Assembly (NCBI GenBank): GCA_003224725.1
Contig: QHZQ01000043.1
Coordinates: 18,022 to 56,790, forward strand
Source: Acidobacteriota bacterium
Lineage (GTDB): Bacteria; Acidobacteriota; Terriglobia; Versatilivoradales; Versatilivoraceae
DNA length: 38,769 nt
Reading direction: 5' to 3'
Shown piece after piece: positions 26,168 to 33,855 of the stretch (the stretch's first letter is position 1; the number at the start of each line of letters is the position of its first letter). Under the pieces are notes generated by a model. It saw nothing but the letters and a program-made list of their open reading frames with translations, was not told the DNA's origin and did not search any database. Made by a program: the position numbers and the translations under genes.

Positions 26168-27211
26168 CTACACAGGATGAAGACCAGCAAAGTCCAATCC
26201 TGTAGTTTCTTCCCATCCGTACATCACATTCATCGCCTGTATACTATTTCCGGCAGCTCCCTTCATCAAGTTGTCCAATGCGGAAAGCACCACTAAGCGA
26301 TTCTCAATCTCATCCAGCTCAAATCCGATATCACAGTAATTTGAACCAATGAGAATCTTGGGTTCAGGGTAGCGGTAGATTCCTGTTCTTTCTTTCACAA
26401 TACGAACGAAAGGCTCCAAGCCATATTCTTTGCGATAGATCTTCCAGATGTCTTTCTCTTCTAAACGCTCTTTAAGAAACACATGAGCTGTAGAAAGGAC
26501 GCCTCGTACCGCGTCTGTGGCCGTCGCCGAAAAATGAATCTTGGGTCTTACGTTATTAAGGGTAAGCTCTTGCTGAATTTCTGCAGTGTGCCGATGACGT
26601 GTGGGCTGAAATGACCGCAGGGAACCGCTACGCTCGGGGTGATGAGAAGCCATACTGGATCTATTTCCGGCGGCTGATGAGCCCACCTTGGCCTCAATAA
26701 ATACGTTGCGAACATCAGCAATCCCACGCTTAAAGAGCGGATATAGCCCGAGAATGGCACTGGTGGCCAAACATCCGGCTCCTGTAACCAGTTGGGCCTG
26801 TTTAATCTCCTGGCGGTGCAATTCTGGAATACCGTAGACCGCTCGTTTCAAGAACTCCGGATTAGTGTGTTCATGTTCATACCAAAGCAGATAATCTGCT
26901 GGATCACGGAGTCGGAAATCTGCTGACAAGTCGATTACCCGATCTGCCAGTTCGATGTAATCCTGGATTCGATCCATCGCCATTCCATGCGGAAGGCATA
27001 AGAAGATCAGATCAACTTTCTTTAGATTGGCACAGGCGACAAACTTGAGATTCGTCCTTTTCCGCAAGTTAGGATGGATGGAATGAACAAACTTTCCAGC
27101 GTTCGACTCAGAGGTAACCTGGCTCAGTTTGACTTGTGGATGACCTAGCAACAAGCGCAGTGTTTCGCCCCCTGTGTATCCAGAAGCACCAATTATTGAA
27201 ACACCAATCAC
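26168..27211 (-). CDS. lysY: [LysW]-aminoadipate-6-phosphate / N-acetyl-gamma-glutamyl-phosphate reductase (ArgC/LysY family)
   Basis: Motifs IIGASGYTGGE and active-site GAGCLATS. I prefer the GTG at 27211, preceded by AAGGAG. The ORF track extends to 27271. Confidence 0.88.
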   Translation of the reverse strand: MIGVSIIGASGYTGGETLRLLLGHPQVKLSQVTSESNAGKFVHSIHPNLRKRTNLKFVACANLKKVDLIFLCLPHGMAMDRIQDYIELADRVIDLSADFRLRDPADYLLWYEHEHTNPEFLKRAVYGIPELHRQEIKQAQLVTGAGCLATSAILGLYPLFKRGIADVRNVFIEAKVGSSAAGNRSSMASHHPERSGSLRSFQPTRHRHTAEIQQELTLNNVRPKIHFSATATDAVRGVLSTAHVFLKERLEEKDIWKIYRKEYGLEPFVRIVKERTGIYRYPEPKILIGSNYCDIGFELDEIENRLVVLSALDNLMKGAAGNSIQAMNVMYGWEETTGLDFAGLHPV

Positions 27212-27298
27212 GCTTCTCCTTACATTCCCTTCACACCTTTTACCAAAAGGATTAATGAAGGAAAGAAACAAGAGACCGCGCTCATTGGCACAGAAGCC

Positions 27299-28162
27299 CT
27301 ATCGTATTTTCGCGCAAGCCTCAGGACAGGCTCCAACCTTTAAAACGTAGTCAATGATTTTGGCGGGGATATTGACCCCAGTAGTGTCAATGGAGTTTCT
27401 GAATTCCATGGTGTAATTGACTTCGTTGACCTGTAACCCATTTTTCGATTCAAATAAGTCAATTGCCACGACACCTCCACCTACAGCTTCGGCTGCGGCC
27501 AAGGACAGGCGATTCAACTCATCAGTGACAGGGCAGTTTTCTGCCTTTCCACCGCGCGCAGTATTGGTAATCCAATGGGAAGAATAGCGGTAAATGGCAC
27601 AGAGGGTTTCGTCTCCTACGACAAAGCTTCGAATATCCCGACTGGCCTTAGGGACGTATTCCTGGATATAAAAAATCGAATGATGATAAGAGCCCAGGAC
27701 TTCTTTATGTTCCAAAATCGCTTCAGCGGCTTCACGATCATTAATTTTTGACAGCAGTCGTCCCCAAGATCCCACCGCGGGCTTTAGCACGACGGGATAC
27801 CCAAGTTCTTCGATCGCGGCCAGAGCAGATTCTGGAGTAAACGCGAGAAAAGTCTTCGGGCAAGGAACGCCAGACTTAATCAACGCGTTTGTGGTTAGAA
27901 ATTTATTTCCACAAACGTCTGCCACATTGTAGGTGTTTACGGTTTTCAAGCCCCAATCGTTTAATACCTTGAGTGCGTACAGGGCTCGAGAGTGATTGAC
28001 ACACCTTTCCAAGACGACATCAAAATCCAGATGTTTCGCGCTCAGCCTGAAGATAAGCTCTCGGTCATCCAGAATTTCAAAATCCAAATGCTTCTTTCGT
28101 AACTCCTCAATCAGCAACTTCTCTTCTTTTCGAATAATCGAGCAGAGCAAACCAATTTTCAT
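27299..28162 (-). CDS. lysX: LysX/ArgX-type ATP-grasp ligase (RimK family), which attaches the substrate to LysW
   Basis: [16 protein letters not shown]-terminus is typical of LysX, and the body is ATP-grasp. The ORF-track GTG at 28189 is the alternative start. Confidence 0.85.
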   Translation of the reverse strand: MKIGLLCSIIRKEEKLLIEELRKKHLDFEILDDRELIFRLSAKHLDFDVVLERCVNHSRALYALKVLNDWGLKTVNTYNVADVCGNKFLTTNALIKSGVPCPKTFLAFTPESALAAIEELGYPVVLKPAVGSWGRLLSKINDREAAEAILEHKEVLGSYHHSIFYIQEYVPKASRDIRSFVVGDETLCAIYRYSSHWITNTARGGKAENCPVTDELNRLSLAAAEAVGGGVVAIDLFESKNGLQVNEVNYTMEFRNSIDTTGVNIPAKIIDYVLKVGACPEACAKIR

Positions 28163-28270
28163 TAATAACTCGTAAAATAGAAAAACCACAGATAAAAGAG
28201 ATCCTTCATTTTAAGGATTCAAAAACTTACCTGTGGTCAGAATTCTTGGGACAATGAGATTGGAAGCCAA

Positions 28271-28432
28271 TCATTCGCCCCAGTCTTCTTCTTCTTCCGG
28301 AGCCAATTCTAATTCAACCGGATCTGTCCCGACTACCTCCAGGTCAGAACCGCAGTCTGGGCAGTTGACAATTTCTCCTTTTTCGACGTCTTCCAATTCG
28401 ATTTCGGCTTCACACTCTGGACAGTACGCCAC
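28271..28432 (-). CDS. lysW: Amino-group carrier protein LysW (53 aa)
   Basis: [53 protein letters not shown]. Zinc ribbon CPEC...CPDC and the hallmark C-terminal EDWGE. AAGGAGG lies upstream of the GTG. Not in the ORF track because it is under 60 aa. Confidence 0.9.
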   Translation of the reverse strand: MAYCPECEAEIELEDVEKGEIVNCPDCGSDLEVVGTDPVELELAPEEEEDWGE

Positions 28433-28574
28433 GGTCCACACCTCCTTGGTATTTCATACAATCCCTAAAAATATGTGCTTTCGCAATTCGGAATGCGATT
28501 GTTGATCTGAGTGCTTTTCGATAATAAGAGGGCGCGGGAACTGCAAATTGCGTCATGGAGCCCAAAAAAGAAAA

Positions 28575-28604
28575 AGTATAAGTAAACGTTCAAAAAGCTG
28601 TCAA
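28575..28604 (-). promoter_or_regulatory. Candidate sigma-70 promoter for the lysW operon
   Basis: On the minus strand: TTGACA (28604-28599), an 18-nt spacer, then TATACT (28580-28575). This implies a leader of roughly 135 nt. Confidence 0.35.
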
Positions 28605-29016
28605 GCTCAATTTGGTCGTTACCACGTCGTCCGACTCCCCTGGAAAGACGCTATTACACGATGTTTGCCCCTGTCCTCAAATCGACTCAGCCTTCTATCA
28701 AGGCGTTCCTGGCAAGCAAGATAATCCTGTTCATTTCGATGGAGAGAGTTATCCCTCTGCGCACAGAGACCAAGTGGCAAATAAGCGGTAAACTGGAAGC
28801 GGTTGCATGATCTCACGATAGAAGATGAGTTGCCAGGAAATATGTGTGTATTTAATGAATGGCTTCTGGAGCGCGGGTACTCACGTATTCAGCGCATCCC
28901 ACGGCCGGGGACCTATTTCAATTGCCACAGAGAACAGGCCCGTTAGAAGTTCGAGTCTGAAGCAGGGATCGTAAAATCAGGAATGAGATGGACTGGGGAA
29001 AAACACGCTACAAATT

Positions 29017-29460
29017 TCAGACACCGGCTCGCAGGACGTTGAGCTTGGATTGATAGGACTTATTGAGAATCTGCTTCAACAAAGGGTTGCCAATTTCCGT
29101 CTGGTCGATCCGTTCCTGTACCTCTTCCAGTTCATCCAGAGACTTGGTTTGTTGGATGACCTGCTTGAAATAACTTAAATCACCAATTGTCATGATTTCT
29201 TGGCTCTCTTCGTCTTCAATAATGGCCAGATGGGTATCAGGCAGAAGATTTCGAATTTTTTGGTAGAGCTTTTCTCTGTAATCCAAATTGGCTTCACCTA
29301 ATTCGGGATGAAACCATTCGGCGACCAGACTTCCGTCATTTCGCTGGATATTGAGTTCCGTATAAACACCCGGTTCGGCTTCGGAGATATCGAGAATCAA
29401 CTCCTCAATATCGTCGATGATACTGGCATTCGAATAAACCGTTACAATTGTGACTTTCAT
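29017..29460 (-). CDS. Hypothetical acidic protein (147 aa), family not recognised
   Basis: Clean ORF with AGGAG just upstream of the ATG. Asp/Glu-rich with no signal peptide. I recognised no motif. Confidence 0.6.
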   Translation of the reverse strand: MKVTIVTVYSNASIIDDIEELILDISEAEPGVYTELNIQRNDGSLVAEWFHPELGEANLDYREKLYQKIRNLLPDTHLAIIEDEESQEIMTIGDLSYFKQVIQQTKSLDELEEVQERIDQTEIGNPLLKQILNKSYQSKLNVLRAGV

Positions 29461-29507
29461 AAGCTCCTACCCAATTAAAAATAAAGCATTTCGTTTTTTA
29501 CTTGAGA

Positions 29508-29537
29508 ATTATAAGAAGAATTCTTTAGGAGTGCCAA
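29508..29537 (-). promoter_or_regulatory. Candidate sigma-70 promoter for the 147-aa gene
   Basis: On the minus strand: TTGGCA (29537-29532), an 18-nt spacer, then a perfect TATAAT (29513-29508). Confidence 0.4.
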
Positions 29538-29685
29538 CTTTTTTCAGAATATTTTTAGATGAGGTGAGATTTTTCAAGATAATTGGTGGCAACCAAAGGC
29601 TGAGCGTGGCAGAAACTCTTGCTGCTGCACACTGACTTGAGCTTAAGTTACTTCCGGCCGCCTCCTCCACGAAACCAGCAATGGA

Positions 29686-30999
29686 TTAACTGGGAGGTTC
29701 ACTCAAATAGCCCTTGCGAGTTCGCACTTTGAGTGGAGGCGAGTACTTTGAGCTTTTAACTTGGACGTCAATAGTGTGGAAATTCCCGTGCCCCTTTGTG
29801 GTAGTGGGCTGATAAGTAATGACGTATTGTTGATGCAATTCCTGGGCAATTTGAGCAAAAAGCGGTTCCAGTGGGTCCCCTAACTTGGGGAAGAAGGCTC
29901 TTCCTCCAGATAGTTCTGCAAAGTAACGCAACACCCATACTGGATTGAGATTCACGTCATACTCGGGCGGCTTATAGTACTTTTTCCCGCTGATAAAAAG
30001 TTTGCGGTCCGGATCGGCGTATTCACCAATGGAGAAAATAACAATGTCGCTGGCTTGAACTTTTTTGTCAATAGCAACAAATCTTGTGAGACTATCTTCG
30101 TCCTTGCCGTCACTCAACAGAATAATTACGTGTCTTGGATGCGGCGCCTGTTGCAGTAGATCAACAGATTTGGAAATTGCATCAAAGAGTGCCGTTCCTC
30201 CGCTGGGAGTGAGGGAATGGATGCCTGTTCGCACCTGCAACATCTCTTGGGTAAATGGTCGGACCACTTCAACCTTATCGCGAAAGGCGATCAAGCTGAT
30301 AGCATCTCGCGGGCGGCTCTGTTCTATAAAGGCGAGCGCCGCGACCTTGGCTTCCACAATTTGAGATCCTTGCATACTGCTGCTAGTATCCATTAACAGG
30401 ACAGCACTGAGAGGCACATTTTCGTGGCCAAAGTAGCGAATTTCGTGGAGCACCCCGTCCTGCAATACGCTGAAATTCTCTCTTCCTAAATCAGTGATCT
30501 GCCTTCCGGAGGAATCCTCCACGGAAACGTTTAGCAAAATTTCTTGCACGGACACTGAAAGTGTAAACGACGGCTCCTGGGCCTCTCTAGTTTCGCCAGA
30601 GTCTGAGATTGAGGGCACCGGAGAGGGTGTCGTATGCTCCGAGGCGCGGGCGTCCCGTTTTATTTGGATTTTGAGCTCTTGGGAAGAAGGCTTCACATCT
30701 TCAACGGTGATTTGGCCATATCCATATTTAGTGACGACAATTCGATACGAGGACATCTCACTCAAATCATTGACATGAAATCGGCCGCCAGCGTCTGTCT
30801 GAGCTTCTTTCATGCTCGCGAATTTTTGATCCAGAACTCCCACCAGAGCCCCTTTCACAGGGCTTCCGGATTCGTCGACGATTAGCCCAGAAATTTCAGC
30901 ATCACTCTGAGCGCATATCTTCCCAAGTCCGAGCAAGAGACAAACAGCAACGCTGAAGCCCGCGCCCCACAAAAGCCCTGTTTTTTTTTTAAGTTTCAT
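29686..30999 (-). CDS. Secreted VWA domain protein with an N-terminal carboxypeptidase-regulatory-like domain (acidobacterial VWFA-related type)
   Basis: Signal peptide MKLKKKTGLLWGAGFSVAVCLLLGLGKICAQ. GLIVDESGSPVKGALVGV...DAGGRFHV. MIDAS motifs LLMDTSSSM, GGTALFDAI and LSDGKDE. Tail QQYVITYQP. I prefer the ATG at 30999. The ORF track extends to 31053. Confidence 0.8.
   Translation of the reverse strand: MKLKKKTGLLWGAGFSVAVCLLLGLGKICAQSDAEISGLIVDESGSPVKGALVGVLDQKFASMKEAQTDAGGRFHVNDLSEMSSYRIVVTKYGYGQITVEDVKPSSQELKIQIKRDARASEHTTPSPVPSISDSGETREAQEPSFTLSVSVQEILLNVSVEDSSGRQITDLGRENFSVLQDGVLHEIRYFGHENVPLSAVLLMDTSSSMQGSQIVEAKVAALAFIEQSRPRDAISLIAFRDKVEVVRPFTQEMLQVRTGIHSLTPSGGTALFDAISKSVDLLQQAPHPRHVIILLSDGKDEDSLTRFVAIDKKVQASDIVIFSIGEYADPDRKLFISGKKYYKPPEYDVNLNPVWVLRYFAELSGGRAFFPKLGDPLEPLFAQIAQELHQQYVITYQPTTTKGHGNFHTIDVQVKSSKYSPPLKVRTRKGYLSEPPS
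30981..30990. repeat. Homopolymer T10 (A10 on the coding strand) inside the signal-peptide codons of the VWA gene
   Basis: Read directly: cctg tttttttttt aagtttcat. It encodes the KKK of MKLKKKT. It is the longest homopolymer I noticed in the window. Confidence 0.9.
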
Positions 31000-31059
31000 C
31001 AAGAAATCCTTACGGCATACGGCAGGCAGTTTCTGACTCCAGACGCAAAACAAAAGTAC

Positions 31060-32676
31060 TCAGAACTTCATTTCACCCTCTTTGTCTTCGATAACAATTT
31101 CCACACGGCGATTCTCCTGGCGCCCTTTGGCAGTATCATTGGACGCACGCGGTTGGGTCTTTCCAAGCCCCTTGGTGTTCATAATATCACCCGAAACCCC
31201 CGATTTGAGCAGATAGTCATAGACACTTTCAGCCCTAGCTTCAGAGAGTTTTTGGTTGTACTCCGCCGAACCCACACTGTCCGTGTGACCTTCGATGCTA
31301 AGGCTGTAGCCGGAAGCTACCATCAAGATGCCGGATACCTTGGCCAACACTTCCCGTGTCTCCAGCTTCAAGTTAGCTTTGCCGAATTCAAAGAGAATGT
31401 CCGGCAGATTGAGAATCAAGCCACGCGCGGTTTTGCGAGTTTCCACGACCTTGCTCAGAGCTGCCTGCATTTTGTTCTGGGCTTCTTCTGCTTGCTTCTT
31501 GGCTGCTTCGGCCTGCTGCTGAGCGGCGGCAGCGGCTGCATCAGCTTGCGCTTTGGCCAGGCGAGCCATTTCGGCATCGGCTGCGGCTTTGGCGGCGGCC
31601 AATTCGGCCTGCGCTTTGGCCAGCAGGGCTGCTTGAGCCTCCCTTTCAGCCTGGGCTTTGGCGGATTCACTGGCCTGGCGAGCACGCTCTTCCATCTCAA
31701 ATTGCATTTTACGTTGCTCCGCTAGCAAACGAGCCTTTTCGGCTTCGGTCTGGGCTTCCTGTATGTTCTTTTCCAGCCGGGCCGCTTCGTCTGTATGGGC
31801 CTGGCGTTCAGCATCCAAGGCCGCTTGGAACGACCTCTCCTCAGCGAGTTTCTGGGCTTCGAACGCGATCCGCACGATTTCCTTTCCCTGAATAGTCTGG
31901 GTTCCGACTTGGGTACCATGAGCGACACCCAATTGAGCTTTGAGTAAATCGTTTTTGGCTCTGTCTAACTCATCCGGCGCAAACTTGGCCGCGCCCGCGC
32001 GTTCAGCCAGCTCGATGGCGGTTTTGGCCTGATCTATGTCAGAACGGCTTTCCCCCTTGGTTTCCTGAATGTTGGCTAGTGTCTCGCGTTCAAAGTTATA
32101 AACCCCCTCATGCTCTCGATATTTGATTTGCGATGTAGAAATCACTCCACCGAGACGATGCGTGGGACGTGTGTTTTCCATGGCGACAAAACGGCTAGGG
32201 AAGGGAACCAGGTAGTGAGGTTCCGCAGTTATAAACATCCCGAACGTTTCGAGTGGAGTCGTAACATCGAGTTTAGATCGATTTCCCCGTACGATAAACT
32301 CTCCTGCATTGGCTGTATGACCCTCTGGCGAGACCGTCCATAACACATATGTGTTGTAGTCCCCACCAAAAAGTTTAGCGGGTTTCATTTCATCCAGTTC
32401 AATTTCGATTTCGGTCGCGCCCCGTTTTCTCTCCACCTTAGCTTCTCCCTTGGCCAGCGGTAGGCGCTGAGTGCCTTGAAGCTTGACGCTGATGGTGACC
32501 CCCTCAGGATAGGTAATGGCCAGGCTTTCCCGCGTCCCGGTAATGGGTTTGACTGCCTGGACCAATGCAGGTTTGTCATTTTGATGATCGTTCTCCTGTG
32601 CTACGGCTTCAAAAGTTAAGGCAATGAGAAATATCAGAAATGTTAATAAACATCGTTGCTTTGAAACTCTTATCAT
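31060..32676 (-). CDS. OmpA-family peptidoglycan-binding protein with a long Ala/Gln/Glu-rich coiled coil
   Basis: Signal peptide, then a beta-rich N-terminal region, then a coiled coil (AQAEREAQAALLAKAQAELAAAKAAADAEMARLAKAQADAAAAAAQQQAEAAKKQAEEAQ). C-terminal OmpA motif GHTDSVGSAEYNQKLSEARAESV. GGAGG RBS. Confidence 0.85.
   Translation of the reverse strand: MIRVSKQRCLLTFLIFLIALTFEAVAQENDHQNDKPALVQAVKPITGTRESLAITYPEGVTISVKLQGTQRLPLAKGEAKVERKRGATEIEIELDEMKPAKLFGGDYNTYVLWTVSPEGHTANAGEFIVRGNRSKLDVTTPLETFGMFITAEPHYLVPFPSRFVAMENTRPTHRLGGVISTSQIKYREHEGVYNFERETLANIQETKGESRSDIDQAKTAIELAERAGAAKFAPDELDRAKNDLLKAQLGVAHGTQVGTQTIQGKEIVRIAFEAQKLAEERSFQAALDAERQAHTDEAARLEKNIQEAQTEAEKARLLAEQRKMQFEMEERARQASESAKAQAEREAQAALLAKAQAELAAAKAAADAEMARLAKAQADAAAAAAQQQAEAAKKQAEEAQNKMQAALSKVVETRKTARGLILNLPDILFEFGKANLKLETREVLAKVSGILMVASGYSLSIEGHTDSVGSAEYNQKLSEARAESVYDYLLKSGVSGDIMNTKGLGKTQPRASNDTAKGRQENRRVEIVIEDKEGEMKF
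31547..31623. repeat. In-frame 14-nt direct repeat (tgcgctttggccag) within low-complexity coiled-coil coding DNA
   Basis: Copies at 31547-31560 and 31610-31623, 63 nt apart. Each encodes LAKAQA. Confidence 0.8.
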
Positions 32677-33206
32677 TTCAGAAGTCCTCCGTGAAAAATG
32701 AGTTATTGAGTCAGGTATTCTTATTCATTCGACTCAAATTTTCAATTCATGATTTCTTTAGCAGCCCTTGTGTTTGTATCGGCATTTCAAAACCGAAATT
32801 TAGAAACAAGCAAAGCCTTCTTGCAATTGCTATCTAGTCGCAGAAGAATATTGTTTAGAAATTGAATCTGATACCCTGGCTTCCAGGGGTAGCGCTTATT
32901 ACTCGCTCGTCGACAAATTGGCTCAAAGAAAGACGAAAGTATTCTTCGTAAAAGATTCCACTCCCACGCTACAGTTTCGCTAGCCATCTTGCGGGGATGC
33001 ATAAGAATCATACCATTGTCACCCTTAATCTACTTGAGCCGACTCTTGGTATTGGTTGGTGTATGGGCGCCGTTATCGGCTTGCCACGATAACCCTTTTT
33101 CCCAAAACTGTTTTGGGAATCAAATTTGGCTTGAGTTGAAAAAATAGAAAACTTAATATATCGATTATACCTTGTGGCGTTTCGCATCTAGGCCGGTTCA
33201 TCGCTC

Positions 33207-33575
33207 ATGAAAAAAGACAAACCAATTGTCAAAACCTTCATTGCTAGAAAATTCAAACGTGTCCCCCTCAAAATAAAATTTAAGGTAAATGGGCGTGACC
33301 AGAATGGAAACCAATTTGAGGATTTTGTCGAAACTCACGATGTGGGTGCCAATGGCGGAAGTTTCCCAAGCAAATACGAAGTGAAGGTAGGATCTACGCT
33401 GAAATTCACAGGACCGAAGGGCTTTGTGTCACTGGTACGCGTCGTTTGGGTGAATGAGGATTATAAGAACCTCCGCCGCATGGTTGGATTCCAGCTCCTT
33501 GAACCTCGAGAGGACTGGGTGCTTCAGTCTCAGAACCGCTCTAGCCCCAATTCCCCATCTAACAGAAAATCATGA
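33207..33575 (+). CDS. PilZ-like domain protein (putative c-di-GMP receptor)
   Basis: RKFKR (RxxxR) near the N-terminus and DVGANGGSF, which resembles the D/NxSxxG motif but with Gly in place of Ser. Confidence 0.5.
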   Translation: MKKDKPIVKTFIARKFKRVPLKIKFKVNGRDQNGNQFEDFVETHDVGANGGSFPSKYEVKVGSTLKFTGPKGFVSLVRVVWVNEDYKNLRRMVGFQLLEPREDWVLQSQNRSSPNSPSNRKS

Positions 33576-33855
33576 CAGATATTGAGATTCTGTTTGTCAT
33601 TAACTCTGAAGATCTCAGGTAAATTCGTTTACAGCATGAAGTGACATACGCCTTGCTTTTGCCTCTTGTCTCCGTTATCTTGAAAAACAGTGGGGAGTGG
33701 AGGCATCCATATCAGGTTGCCACGCTTTCGAGTTTCGAAACCATTCCTCAATGTTTCATTAACTGCGCCGGAAACCGTAAATTCTTCCCACTTTGAAGCC
33801 TCGCTGAGTGCGGAAAGAGATCAACAGTTCTGGTCAATAGCCGCGAGACGAAGTA

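Noticed and set aside
2263-28496. Recurring TTCGG/CCGAA-containing motifs (ccgattcgg at 2264, ttcggaatattccgaa at 16020, attcggaatgcg at 28487) as a shared regulon signature
   Set aside because: Only the 16020 site is a long perfect palindrome. The others share 6-8 nt, which is within chance expectation for 38.7 kb.
28233-28505. 90-aa plus-strand ORF from the track (Ser-rich, [23 protein letters not shown]...)
   Set aside because: It is the antisense shadow of the genuine lysW gene (28271-28432, minus strand). lysW has an RBS, a zinc ribbon and the EDWGE terminus. The plus-strand product is low-complexity and has no RBS.
28619-28816. 65-aa minus-strand ORF in the region upstream of lysW
   Set aside because: The product is Arg-rich and atypical. 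It has no RBS and no recognisable motif. The region is more likely non-coding, and its function is unknown.
28900-28965. tRNA-like T-loop strings (gttcgagtc at about 28950, and also gttcgaatg at about 44)
   Set aside because: The flanking bases do not form a 5-bp T-stem, and no acceptor or anticodon arms can be drawn. These are chance matches.
31153-31928. Cluster of alternative-frame and antisense ORFs (31153-31725 +, 31328-31522 +, 31658-31891 +, 31455-31700 -, 31722-31928 -)
   Set aside because: All lie inside the Ala/Gln/Glu-rich coiled-coil coding region of the OmpA-family gene. GC-rich repetitive codons keep other frames open, and the products are low-complexity Arg/Pro/Ser/Gly strings.
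32787-33011. 74-aa minus-strand ORF between the OmpA and PilZ-like genes
   Set aside because: The product is basic and of odd composition, with no RBS and no motif. I kept it only as context for the sigma-28-like box and did not call it as a gene.
33732-33741. 10-bp palindrome GTTTCGAAAC with a tandem TTTCGA upstream of the aminotransferase gene
   Set aside because: It is short and AT-rich, and no regulator gene is nearby to link it to. I could not distinguish it from chance.
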